Part shown: one piece after another, positions 26,101-39,400 of the stretch
How the letters are laid out: each line of letters starts with the position of its first letter
Position numbering within the stretch: the first letter of the stretch is position 1
Assembly: GCA_973851085.1 (NCBI GenBank)
Contig: OZ316775.1
Coordinates: 9,176,001 to 9,240,000, forward strand
DNA: 64,000 nt
DNA from: Ptychomitrium polyphyllum
Taxonomy: Eukaryota
Direction: 5' to 3'
Position numbers and translations under genes: made by a program
The notes under the pieces: model-generated
The model's input: the letters and a program-made list of their open reading frames with translations, nothing else
Database searches by the model: none
What the model was told of the DNA's origin: nothing

Positions 26101-28496
26101 CAAACTCCCGACATAGACCTCACGTAAACCTTACAAAGAAGGCCTTTTTGAAAATCGACATACCATATGAAAGTGCAGCCCATTGTCTCCTGAAAACTAA
26201 GGGCCAAATCAGTCGCCACTTCTGGATCCGTCCATGATATGATTGTATCTAACACAGACAAATGCTCCCATCACTTTACATAATGAAAAGTTAAAGAATC
26301 TGAAGCCTGCCAAAAAAATATCATTCTTTACTCATAAACTAGTATTGCCACTGCCACAAACATTCGATGTCTACTGTAAGCCATAAAAAGTCAGATCCAT
26401 CATCCTCATTTTGCAGTCAATCACTACACAAATTCTTCAATCGTAAAGCATTCCTTGTACCTATAAGTCTACTGGTTAGAAGGTAGGGTGAGAAAGATAG
26501 GATAATGTGAATAGAAAAAATAAACTTTCTGGCACTAACTTAACTTGAGCCACATAGGAAGTTCTCTAGAATTTTTTAAGATCTCTAAGCCATATACAGA
26601 ACACATACTGACCTTCTTGACGTCTGTAGATGTCATCAGCGGATATCCGATGGACTAGAAGAGTTTGATTGTCCTCTTCATCAATGACTACTAAGCCTAC
26701 TGCATCGGAACGCTGCAGCCACCAAGAAAGCAATGTCAAAAATTGCTCATCTCTAAAATATTACTCAACCAAATATCGCTTCAAATTATCGTACAAGAAA
26801 CATGATTTCACCTTACGTATTTCAGTTAACCCTGCATATGACTTACTGGCATGGCACTACCTAAGACCGGGGTATGTGAGATTGCCGACTGTATTAATAA
26901 AAATTCTAGCTCAGCTGATACGATTAACCGGTATAATCCAATTCAATAAGACAGAAAAAGGAAAAAATATGGTTTGCCAAACAGGTGAATGGAGATGTTC
27001 AGCGAAGATGATATACTGGTATACTGGACACAGACTCCAGAACCACCTGGGTATCAAGATTTTGTCACCGGGCGAAAGAGTGGGTATAGCCAATTGCATT
27101 TTCATAGCTTATTGGCTCACTGTCCTGCTCCCAAATGTAAAATCTACCAGCAGGAAGAAACAGACAAATCTGAGAATACAGGGTAGTTACTGGTGACTTT
27201 GAGAAACGTACATTGGTCTTTTGATAATTCATTTACAAACACTGGGGTTCAAAACGACACAAAGTTTCTAATGAAATCGGGTGCTTGATACAAAATTTTG
27301 GATACAAGCTCTATATTGCTCAGGAGCTAATGAACAACTTAGGAGATTACCTCGAGATATTCAACAGATACATGACCTGTGCCCTTGTCGTCCCATTTAC
27401 CTTCATCATTCAGCCGGTAAACCTTCACTCTCTGGAAACAACAAGGACGTCAACAACCATCAATAGTATAATCCAACTACTCAGAAAACAGCATGATGCT
27501 CACCATGATATGAATCAGTTTAATTCACACCCTCTGAAGTTGCAGCCAAGACAAAGTTAAGCTCTTCTATAGACCAAGAATACCCACAAGATGATTCTAT
27601 ATGCACATGTACCACGGCAAACAATTCCCACCGGGGCATTGTAAAAGCTCCATTGTGTCCTCCTCAAGACTAAACTAAGAAACCAGGCTTATTTACACAA
27701 AATCGTACATAAATTAACTCAACAAGTTGTAAGGATCAACACGCTAAGAAAGTCCAGTAAGCAGGAATAACAACGCCTCGGCTTACAGAGAAGACATTAT
27801 TAAGAATAGGTGGACTTTACATACTCATGTGAACACCATGAGATTAAAAAACCGAGAGAAGCGTTTACAGCACATGCATCAACACTTGCTGCCGACCGCT
27901 CTCCTTGAAGATTAGTCTGTAAGAGCTCACACGAGACAGCCTAGGAGCAACAAAAACTGGGAAAGTGGGTTCGAGCGTACAAACCCCACAGTCCACATCG
28001 TAGTTTCAGCTTGACATTATATTCCTCGTTAATGAATGAACTGTAATCAATGCTCTATTCCCCAAAAGCATCCGTACAGTACGAGACCTCAATAATGACA
28101 GAAATTCGACAATTTTGTGCCGCTGGTGCAAACCTGCCCCATGTCACTGGAGCGCATTATGTGCATGATGATACAAGGACTAGCAAGGAAGCAATATTCT
28201 GAGCATGTATGTATACACCCCCGGCACTAAATCGCCCGCACAACGTAGATCAAGAATGAAAGACGAGTGCACAGGGATTCATTCTCAACTTCCAGCTAAG
28301 TGGTATCAGAAAATTCATGATGGCTACACTTTCGAAAACGTCCGCGCGGTTCCCATTCATCCCAAGCATAAATCCCTCTTTCAAAACCAAAGACGCAACA
28401 GAACAGAAGGCACAATGCACCCGCCATGAAGCAAAAGTGCAGTACCTGAAGGTAATTGAACTCCATGTGAGTTGAGCGACCTGTTATATCAATCAT
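17110..28496 (-). CDS. PSY2L: Protein phosphatase 4 regulatory subunit 3 (PSY2L/SMEK), more than 20 exons
   Basis: Spliced exons give [17 protein letters not shown] (28496-28446) | [27 protein letters not shown] (27431-27351, EVH1-like) | [33 protein letters not shown] | [29 protein letters not shown] | ...[23 protein letters not shown] | [10 protein letters not shown]... | [28 protein letters not shown] | [21 protein letters not shown] | ...[14 protein letters not shown]... | [11 protein letters not shown] (last exon 18208-17110). These are hallmark SMEK/PSY2 segments. Confidence 0.95.
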
Positions 28497-29210
28497 GAGT
28501 GATCCTTCAAAATCAACACTCCAGATTCTTTTAAGCGTAGTAAGTAGTGGTCTAGAACGAAGAAATCCCCACGGAGCTCAAATATAAGAGGACGAACCGC
28601 CTCAAGTCCGACTCTCCCGACAGCCCAGGCTGGAAGATATGCTGTCTATCCAAACCCACCTTCATTTATACAAAACTCTTAACTTGCTCGGCATGTCCAG
28701 TGGCAGGGTTTCTATTAAATTGTTTGCGAAAGACCAGTATAGTCAGCCGCCAGTCAATCGACTACCACCACCAGAGTACATACAAATAACTAGCCTCAGC
28801 ACCAACCAAGCTCCTTCAAGGCGCAACTATGGACACAATTGCACTCTACCAAGTCTCCTAATTACATCCAAACTCGTGATTGATCACTAAGTCAATGATT
28901 TCTCTTAAGATAGGCTGGGTAAGTTGGGTTGCAGTAGCATTTAATCAGCTAAAACGATGTCAACGGTGCTCAAAAATAGTCTCAGCTACACCACTTCGCC
29001 TGCCATTTCGGCCAACCTGCAATATACTCAAACCTCCACTTCGGTACAGCTCGGTTCTCTTCCTCCACCCTGGCGGAGCACTAATTCAGCCGTGAATGTC
29101 ATATGATCCTCAATCCTGCACAAGTTGGAAACCCTACCTTTCTCTACACAGGTTCCACTAAAACGTCGGAACTGCATCTGCCTCCCATGCTTCCCACCCG
29201 CAAGAACAGG

Positions 29211-29243
29211 ACAACCGCAACCACAACCACAACCACAACCAAA
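29211..29243. repeat. (CAACCA)n hexanucleotide microsatellite in the PSY2L 5' leader
   Basis: acaaccgcaaccacaaccacaaccacaaccaaa seen directly. Confidence 0.85.
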
Positions 29244-30236
29244 CCTCCAGCTTCCAGGAATTTCCACTTCCACCCACCAGAAAGGAGTATTTCGGTGTAG
29301 TACTTCCTGCATGCACCCCTCACGTCAACCCCACCAACACCAGCTGCTTCACCCGCCAGGCTCGTCTCCCCAAACCCAAAACACTCACCTCACTCACACA
29401 ACCACAAAACACCTCCAAAACACGTCCATTCCCTCCACACCAAATCCTGCAACATGAAACCCTACACCATGGAGAATCCCTCAGTCGGCCGAAATGAACA
29501 CTGCAAGAGGCCAATCCCTCCCGCTAAAACGCCGGGCGCACCGCTGAAACCGAAAGAGAACACCTTCAACGAAAACCTGACCGCAATAGCAAGGCTACAC
29601 GGCACTTGGACCGGGCAACTTCAACTCCGCACTGCAATGGCGATGGAATCGAACTCTTGGAGCCTCTCCCTCCAATTCTTTTTCCCCAAAAGCAAAAACA
29701 CCCCACATCGAGGAAGCTCGCCGTAACTGAACCATAGAACTAGAGTTCGCGACGAAAAGTAAACGAACGGTGACGAGAACTGCGACCGGCTCACGTCACC
29801 CGACGGTCGGTCGGGCGGTAACGAGACTAACTGTTCTCAGACCCAAATTCCTTGCTGGTAAATGATTCTTCCGATTCGTCCGATTCTTCTCCACTTGCGA
29901 CGAATAATTAGCGGCGGATCGCGATAGAAAAAGAGAGAGAACTCAGGATCCGTGCAAGGGTTCCCAGAATCTGCAGACAGGGGTTAGGTTTCAGGGGTTT
30001 GGTTTCCGGAGTGCCTGCATGATTACGCGATTGGTGGCGGCCTGCCTGGTTGCCAGGATCTGTCGACTGATTCTTTCCGTGCTGTGTCAACGACAGATCT
30101 CGGTTTAAGAGCATGGACAGTCCGATTCCACTACGAGTTCGATCGGCCGTTAGGTTAAGATGCATTATGACAATCGGCGGATTTTCCTCAACTGCGTGAC
30201 TTAGTCGTCACTCCTTCCTCCTTTTTTGGAAAAAAT

Positions 30237-30333
30237 TCATCGTCATATGATGCTGGCACGTCGGGCGTGCTATTTGGTGGAAAGAACAATCATCGTGGCT
30301 CTGTGCGCCATGCGCGGCATCATATGACGATGA
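30237..30333. repeat. Perfect 17-bp inverted repeat forming a hairpin of about 97 nt (candidate MIRNA or structured RNA)
   Basis: tcatcgtcatatgatgc (30237-30253) is the exact reverse complement of gcatcatatgacgatga (30317-30333). Imperfect pairing continues inward (tggca/tgcgcg, ggcgt/gcgcc). Confidence 0.8.
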
Positions 30334-31275
30334 TCAACGCGGTGGTTTCACATCTTTCACATCTTTCACACGAGCCTGAGCAAGAGTTTCTTTGATCTGC
30401 TCTCGTGCTTTTTGATTCTGGAGTCCCGTCTAACGTTCTTGTTTGATGTTCCATGTATGCATTTGTGTGACGTATGTAAGGAATTTCGTACTTGACGCGT
30501 TTGGCAGCTTTTTCTAGTTCGGGAGGGGATGAATTGTTGTGGTTTGTGTGCATGACTTGATGGGTTTGAGGTATTTTTAGGATTTGGGAATGGGTGGGTC
30601 AAAGTTGGGTGGAAAGTTTCTGGCCAGGCTTGAGGGGATGATGGCGCAACGGGTATTTGAATTTGAGCCAGTCGGGTGAGGGATGTGTTCGGGGTTTTAG
30701 GTTCACGTGATGCATTGCGGCGGTATGCATTAAATAATGTGAGTCAGCCGCCGTAGAAACTCAGTTGCAGGTGCTTATCCCTATCGTCGCCAGGGTTTCT
30801 TTTATAAGATTGGTGGGATGCCACCTGAGACACAGCAGAATGATCTCGATCTTGCTACAAATGCGTCCTTCTGTGCTACTCACTGACTCAGTTGCAAATA
30901 TAGATGCTCGGGCACTCACAATCTTCAAATGCAGAGTCTTTGAATACCAATTTTGTGCACTTGGATGCGCCCACCTCGTCATGGCCCATCGTTCCATAAA
31001 GATTGCCAGCTTGAGCTCCAAGTCGTACCATTTATGCAAAGACAAGCAGATTTTGAGCTTGAATACACAGTATGCTGCTGGGAGCAAGATGGGAGACAGC
31101 GAGATATCTTACATCCAGGAATTGGAAGACCTGACACAGGTGGAGATTTGCAACAGCTGCTATGTCTACTAAGGCAGATTGAGTTCTTCAAGAAAGGACT
31201 ACTTCGATGCTGGACTTCTACTACATGAAGAAATAGGAATAGGTGTAAGCTTTGTACCTAAATGAAGGCACAGAA

Positions 31276-32912
31276 TCAATCATGTTTCATGTGTTTGTCA
31301 ATAACTTCTTTACATACATCTTCTGATTTTTCCCAGAGACTACGACACAGCTGTTCATCGTAAGTAAAGGACGTAGATTTGCAAAACAAACCTTGGTTTC
31401 CGAAAACATACTTGCCAGAGAACTCCCAGGGTGCCAAAGCAGCAGCCACCACGGCGGAAATACCTGATGTAGGAGGCTGCCACAGCCCAAGTAGACGCAT
31501 CACAACGAAACTCAACTGGACGAGCCAGGCGGGCACCTCTCTCAAAAGGTTTGTGCTCACAAACCCAGGGTCGGCGGCTACGACTGAAACACGGTCTTTG
31601 GGTTCTGTGTTACAGAAGACTTGACGGTGTAGTTCGTAAGAATGGAGAATCAAGAATAATTTCGACGTCTCGTAGATTTTTGCTAGAGGATAATAACTCC
31701 TATCAACAGGCGTCTGCCGAATGCCTCCGTTGCGCAGTTGACTCACATCTATTTGGCCTCGTTGCAGAGCACGATGGGTGAAGGAGACCAAGTTCACGAT
31801 GCGGGCTTGTGGCGCGTTCTTTTGGAGCAAGGGGAGGAACTCACGAGTCAGAATATAGGGTCCAAGATAATTGCTTGCCATCATGACATCAAACCCATCT
31901 TCGGTCCACCTTTGCGAAGCTGCTATGACCCCTGCTTGAAACAATGGTATGAGACACATGCATTGCAGTTAGTGAGTAGAAATACAACCTCACAAATAAT
32001 CCTCGATGGCAATTGTAGAGTATTCTACCCTCAGTTTAGAAGCCTTGCCTGCGTTGTTCACAAGAAGTCGTAAGGTGCCAGGTGAATCATGTGCCTCAAA
32101 GAGCTCCTTCACAGTTCGTGCGAAGCTCAAGATCGACAACACGGAAGACAAGTCCACAGCCAGAGCTTGGCAGGATGCACCAACATTCTGTGCCTTGATT
32201 TCAGCACGAACGACCTCCAGACGCTCTAATGAACGACCTGCCAAAATCACATGAAACCCCCGTTGTGCAAGTGCTGAAGCCGTTGCCCGGCCGATTCCAG
32301 AAGATGCCTTCACACAATCCAAGAGCTCATCATCAGCAATATTGCTCACAGTAGATACTCTGGGGTTAGGATTTAGGGTTTAGGATCTAGGTTAAAATTA
32401 CATCTTACGCAAGTTGAATATTTTTCAGGTATGTCATTCACATGATATCACATGATATCTACATCACTCTACGAAACCTACCCACCCAAATAAGAGTTCG
32501 GTGATAATTGTGAACAGGTTGCAGATTCTCGACTTCAGAACGACAGCAACTCACAAATTTTGTTCACTTAGTCTGCAACAAAGCTCATTCAATTTCAGAA
32601 AATCGTGTATAGTATTACCCCCGTGACGATACACGCCGGCTTGAGATCCGGCGAAGAACAGAGACGGAAATCAAGGGTTTGAAACTCTCGCCTTCGATGT
32701 GGCAACCGCAGTCGAATCAGGTGATACTGAATGTACGAGTAAACGAGACACAAAATCCACACCACGGCCATCCGAAGCAAGTTCCCCAACCGGAATACGT
32801 CCCATGTTGGAGCACCGCCCTCGGTGCCCATCTTCGAGCCGCGCTCCTGCAAATCCTGGCCGCGCCCGCTTGCTCCCCCTTGCCCATCTCCATTGCCTCC
32901 GGTCTCACCCAT
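31276..32912 (-). CDS. Short-chain dehydrogenase/reductase, TIC32/retinol dehydrogenase 12-like, 3 exons
   Basis: Exons 32912-32619, 32307-32049, 31931-31276. Motifs: CIVTG|ASSGIG (TGxxxGxG), LLVNNA|GVI, DGFDVMMASNYLG, catalytic YETSK, DPGFVSTNL. There is an N-terminal hydrophobic segment. Intron 2 requires a GC donor. Confidence 0.92.
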
Positions 32913-33249
32913 CCCCTGTTCTTCCTAGTATGAGATGCAAATCGCAACCAATCCGGCACTCGGAACTACGTCACAAACTCGATGATTCACCTTTAACTCT
33001 GCAAATCATCTTCTAACATAACCATCTCTTCACCACTCACACATGGTGCACGGATGCATCGTCATGTTGCAGAACAAAAGAACGGCACAGGTGGCAAAGA
33101 TTTTAATCCTATTCTATTTTCAACACATGAAAGTTAGTAACTCGCAGGCGCCGATTTGATCTCATGTGCTCGAGTGGCCCACTCCCCCTCTCGCGCGCAA
33201 TGTGGACACCGTGGACGGGGAGGCCTCTGCAGATTTGTATAAGCAAATA

Positions 33250-36200
33250 GGTTTGTTACCTCCGCATCGGATGTCACCCCACCAGCTTTCCAGTCAGTTG
33301 CACTCTTCCTGAGCATTGCTTCGTCGATGCAGCATCTTTCCTAGATTCCCCTTCCCCTCTTCTCTCCTGAGCCGGATTCGGAATGACTGAAACCGAAAAT
33401 ATGAACAAAACAAAACAGAAACATGCTGTATAAGACAATGGCAAAAAAACTTACAGAACCCGGAAGTTGCGGCCACACAAGGTCTGGAATCGAGTCCTTA
33501 TTGCCATGACTTATTGAAACAATTGTAAAATCAGATTGTGTTATCGATCCCAGCTCCTCCAGAAGAACATCGATACCAGCTGCACTGATGAGTGTGTAGG
33601 TGTCAGCAAAAGCTGAAAGACTACTGTTGTTATTTCACCCAAGCTTCCAAACTCCTGAGAAGGTCTGGTCCACCATGACTTGTATTTGATGCGGTAAAGC
33701 TGAATTCTGGCCAGTATACCAAAATAAGACCTGAGTGTCCAAAGAGGGTTTTTCATAGGAGGCCTGAAGCAGTGACATGCTATGGTTTGTAAGCTCTCTG
33801 GATCGGCAGAGGTCCGGTCAAAACTAAAAATCTGAACTCAGATGTTGAACGAGCGGATGAGGTCAAAGACATCTATGGTGTTGCTCGAAGCTCCTGAAGT
33901 CACAAGCAATACTTGCCCGTCGGTGATTGTCAATACGACCTGTGATTGCAACACGAAACAAATCACTGTGATTTTCCTTCTTATTAACCAAGAGGTTTGA
34001 GGTGACCATAATCACTAAAATCAAAAAACAAAACCAATTGGCTTCTAACGTTCAAAGATCTATTACAGTAGCTATAATGTCTGCTGATATGTCGTTCATA
34101 TTTTTGGCATCATTTCTGCGGTGGCAGCATACCTGACAAGATTTGGTGACGGTTGATGAAATTGCAGATAACTAGAGGCGGATATCATTGCTGCAAGGTC
34201 AACGTGCTCATCGCCTGCAGCAATTTTGAGCAAGGTTGGGGATTCCATGCGCATTTCATTTCATCACGGAGTTTGTAAACCCTAAACTTTCCCATCTCCC
34301 CTTCAGTTAATCAATGTCTTATGCGTGCCTAGCTTGTTCAATCTAAACCAAAATCTCTGGGATTAGTGATTCAAGATGCCTCCTCTCTCAAGAGCAACAG
34401 AGCAAAGAAACATGATCCACCCAGACAATCATCGTTTCAGTTGCCTTCCATACCTCCATGCTAGACATCAAACCATGTCAAACCATCCCTTTTACAGATC
34501 AATCAGCAGCTTTGCATTTTCAGGACCATCGAAAGTAGCCTTACAACGACAGGGACCTCTTGTTGGCCGAAATCACTATTGACTCTCAAGAATCTACGTG
34601 CAAGGATTATAAAGCCCTAAAGCCCAAACCCTGACCCTCTCGTATCATGAACTCCATTTTCAGTTTTTATGCTACATGTCTCATTTACAATCTTACTGTG
34701 TGCAATGAAGAATCTTGTGATAGCCTCATCCCAAATTTGGACCCAAACGCCAGACTTACTAACTGCGCCCAAACCCTCCTGCAAAGTGGCCATAGTGTGA
34801 CTGGAGCTGGCAGGCTAATGGCTATTCTCCTCTAAGCAAACACAAACCACATGATCAATTATTTCACCCTCCGTACATGTCAAAGACAGTGCAAGGTGAG
34901 TTACTGTAGCAGCAACGCAGTTATACAAAAGCACTCAGTAGTAAAGTACAACAAAGATTGGAGAAAAAGATAATCATTCTTCTCAACAACCAGAAGTGAG
35001 GTGATTTGATTGTCCAACAGCTGCAGCTCCTTCGATTACCACAACTTTATGGAAATTGCCACAAGCTTTGATTTGATGCACCAGCTTTTTAACCATCCTC
35101 AAATGTACTGATGGAATATCAGAGGACCAGCCATTGTAGCACATGCTTGTACACGAGGTGAGTCTATTCTCTGGCTGTATTTTCTTGGTTGATATCTGAG
35201 AGGGATTAGAATCTGACAGAAACTTGTTGCTAGAAATGCTTCAGACCAGAAAATTCTAGACTAGCTTGAAGCTGAATGACTTGGCATAACCTCTAGGGTC
35301 CAGGAGTTTGAGAGCGTCCAGCTTGTAGGAAGTTGGCCTGCACATGGTAGCCAGAGCATCACTGTTGCCAGAAGTCCAGGATCAATGAAGATGTGTGTTG
35401 TCAGAATACAGTATGTACATACAAATGAGAAGGGTTGTAAGAGCGAGGGCGATGTTTTGTTCATTTTTGCACAATGAACTTTTTCAGTTGTTGCAGTGTG
35501 AAGGACAGAAGTAAGACCTCACATACTCAGACTTGCTAGACTCCATGAACGTTTCCTAGTGACAGCTAACCGTAACCAGACTTTAGAACGAAAGACCTTA
35601 TAATTGGTCGTTCATACTCTTGCAAAAGCTTAGGGGATTACCACTGCAACTCACCGAATAGGGATGTTTTCTGAAAATGAAAATGAAGGGAGTCTAAAAT
35701 ATGGACTTCCACATCCACACACACCAAACAAGGAGTATTATTAAGCTACAATATGCAGAGTACAAGACAAACAATCCTATGATAGCAAAAGATTTGTCTT
35801 GCAGCAAACTTTGTAGGATGACAATTTATCATTATAGTATGTAGATACAATAAATTCCATGATAAGAATTGAGTCTATATGTTCAAAGTATATCAGGTTG
35901 AAACCTACCAATGAGGGAGTATATAAGTGGTTTATTGTTAAATGTATGAACATCTATTAGTACAAAGCTTCCAGACTTGGTATAGAAGGGTTTAAACAAC
36001 CTTATAAAAATTGTTCAAAGGCCTAATAGAGATGATTCACTAAATTGGATTCACTTTTCTTTGTCTCTAACTCATGATTTTTCTCACATGAATAGAATAC
36101 ACAATAACCCCTATAGTTGTTTTAATTTTTACAATAGTACTACAGCAAACTAATCATGCCAGTATCCAGTGAAACTTCTTAAAGCAAAAACATCTTTCAA

Positions 36201-36750
36201 GTAAAAAGAAACAATGTCCATCTTACAAGTAAAAAGAAAAAATTTATAAAGTTTGTACGCCTTTATAAAACTGTAATGCTCAAATGTTTATCAACATTAC
36301 ATATCAAACATCATACTTCTAAACATTGATTTTTCGAAAAATTAGTATTCTTACCTTAGACAATGACTTCTGATGATGCTCTCTTGAGGATCTCCCTCAT
36401 GGCACATGGTCAAATCACAACATTCCTAAGCATAAACACAATCCCAATCCACATCAGATGTAAAGCAGCTGGAGTTCCCTCTTTCTCAACACTATGGTTT
36501 CAGTCCATCACAGCAACTGGAAAATGTTGGAGGTGTCCGTTCCGCATAAGTTGGCAGTGTTTGAAAGAAAGAGCCAGAAGGTGAAGTTCTTTGGGACCTG
36601 GAAACCTCATCACTGCTCAAGTTGTCTCCAGTGGAATGCACATGGAGTGGTTGGTCTTTCGGTTTGGCACACAGTTCAAAGGATCCAGAAAATGAACCAT
36701 CACTAACATTCAAGGTCAATGACCCCCTCAAGGTCAATAACACTAATGTT
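33250..36750 (-). pseudogene. Probable decayed multi-exon gene relic(s), including a degenerate P-loop-like segment
   Basis: Exon-like pieces with good splice sites on the minus strand (e.g. ~34215-34133, acceptor ~33940, donors ~33454 and ~36354) that do not join into an open frame. KVVVIEGAAAVGQS at 35048-35007 resembles a Walker A motif lacking the invariant Lys. Confidence 0.3.
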
Positions 36751-36949
36751 GGGGTTTTTAGTTCAATGGCCCCTTTGAAAAGGGCCGACTATGTAAACCA
36801 TCTTTTGGTGTAAGTATTGTCAATATACTAGGTCTTTGCAATGCACAATCGAATGTTTTGAATTGGACCCTTTTTTCTAAAACACCAACTTTTTTTTGAA
36901 AACTTTCTGTAAGTCTCAAAACTGATAGAAGAAGGTCAACTTTGCACAT

Positions 36950-39400
36950 GTAAGTTTGGATCGTTTTGAATATGAGTATATTTGTTTAAGCTTTCAATGT
37001 ATGAGGATTCTACAGACTTGTCCATTTCGAAACAATGATTTACAAAATTAACTTCAGAGTCTATTTTGTTAGGCATGTTAGAACAAATGAGTTTATGGAC
37101 TATGCTTTATGGACTATTCTGTACCCTTGAGTTTGCCCTTGTTATCCCAAGTATTTTCAAATGGTTTTTGTAAAGAAAGTTATTCCAAAAGTTTGATTAG
37201 CTTTATATAATTTTTTTTGAAGTAGTGGTGATCCTTTAGATTCTTTTTCCTCCACATAAAGTCAAGATGAAACCAATATAATATTTTGAGCAATTCCAGT
37301 GAAGAGTTGTTTATATATGCCAATAAAAATCAAAACTCTTAGCAAATTCCCCTAATGTATTATTTTTCAATCTCAAGCATTTGGTTTTCTTTGGATTCAT
37401 AGGCAAAAGTTAAGTAAGTGTCAGTGCAGTGTCATTTAATGTAAGTGCATCTAAGCATATGTTATAAGCAATACTTGATACATTGTTGGAATTCGTACCA
37501 ATTCCTATATTGTGAAGGATATAATATTTCAAAAATAAGCCTTTATAATTGCATAGAAGTAAGAGCAATTCAAAAATTTATTATAAGATGAATGTACAAA
37601 CTTATTAGTATAACAAGTCTCATTTTGAAATATATATTTGTTTCATTGTTTTTTTCTGCATTAGATGATCCAAAAATGACATGGTTCAAGGATTGCAAGA
37701 TATAATTACTTTGGTTGTAGGTTTGACTTCATGTAAACCATACATATTATATCTTTTCTTAAACAATTTTTTATATGATATGAAATAAATATAAATGTAC
37801 ATTTCAGTAATTTCAATTCAATAAACTGTACATTGTGCAGTTTTTAGAAAAAAAAATACTCATAAACATTCAAATTATCATTAATAGGAATAGCCATAAC
37901 TATTATTAATATAGTTCCAAAACTATATGCTATAATATAAAAAAACTAAAAATCATATATTTAGTTAAAAATTTGATCCAATAAAGTTCTAATAAAGGTT
38001 TAGTGTGTAAAAAAAATTTGACATAAATATCAATGATGAAATTTGAAAATACATTACATACTATTGCAATATATAAATAATTTTGAATAATATAAGGTAA
38101 ATCTAAAAAATATATGGTATTTATAATTATATTTATGATTTGATTCAATATCATAAGCACAATTAACAATTATGCTTCTTTTAATGTCATTTTCAAATGT
38201 TTTTTTAATTACATAATCTAATATCACCATATAAAGACTATATGCTAATAGTAAAAAATTTGGGTGTTAGTTAAAGTTTATAAATATTTTTTATTAGAAC
38301 TATTGCTTTCTAATGTTATAATATTACAATTTAGATACATAAATCATTAAAATGGATTCATAAAACAAATAAATATATAAAGTAAAAATTTGAAATCAGT
38401 TATTTTATTTAATTTAGAATGGATGATTTTATAAATTCCATGTTATAAGATTGCAAATATAGAAAGGTCATTGCATCCAAAATAATTTATTATCATCTAT
38501 TACATTTAGGCCTTTCAAAATTTACATCATAATATAAAGAATATTGTTTCTACAAAACATTGATGGTATTTAAATAATTTATACTTGGAAGAACAAACTC
38601 ATACTTACTTAAATTTTTTTTTATTGATAGTCCATCACAATCTTTGTTCTTAACAAACTTTATTATAATTATTAACAACAATTTTTTTATTGCATTTGCA
38701 TATGAATATTTTTATATTTTTCCTTCATATTAGTGAAAAATAAATTATTCCTTTTTTAAAGTTATTAACTTTGATATAATTACTATAATTTATGCAATTT
38801 TTTAAATTAGAAATGATGATATATGTATGTATATTTATAAATCTTAAGATTGTAACGATTTTGTGGTTTTTAAACAAGAAGGACAAATTTAACGTATAAA
38901 AATAATAAATGAAATGTATAAATAATACGGAATTGTCTAAAAATCATCACTTCCATTCTAATATAAAATAAGGATATTTGTCCATACAAAATTAATGGGT
39001 AAAAATTCAAAATAAAGAAAGATTGAAATGGCTACATAAAATGATTCTTCAAACACAAATTGCCCACTAGTTCCTAAACACACATACCTAAAACCATCAC
39101 TACATCTAAAAACTAACAGAATCTATCAAAAACCACATGTCTGACTTCATAGAATTTCTAAAGTTTGCAAAAAACAACAAAAAAATCATAAAAAGAAATG
39201 GACCTCACCAACACACTTTTCAAATCTCATAAAACAAAATGTACACTTCAACTCTAAACAAAACAACACTTCAAAGAACTCCTTTTTCCAAATGATATGA
39301 AAAGATAACAACTCCTCTCCAAAGCCCAAAAAAACATTCTCTATCTCTACAAAGCCAATAACACTTCCTGAAGAGAACTATGGGAGTAAACCCTAAAGAT
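36950..39400. other. Very AT-rich intergenic block
   Basis: Compositional call: near absence of ORFs and long A/T tracts. Confidence 0.6.

Noticed and set aside
29701..29710. CCCCACATCG resembling the plant snRNA upstream sequence element (USE)
   Set aside because: One mismatch, no correctly spaced TATA box, and no snRNA sequence downstream.
32362..32393. Telomere-like run (gggttaggatttagggtttaggatctaggtt) in SDR intron 1
   Set aside because: Short degenerate telo-box tracts are common near plant gene 5' ends; this is not an interstitial telomere array.
36768..36786. GGCCCCTTTGAAAAGGGCC hairpin as a Helitron 3' terminus
   Set aside because: No CTRR-T end at the expected spacing and no identifiable 5' TC end.
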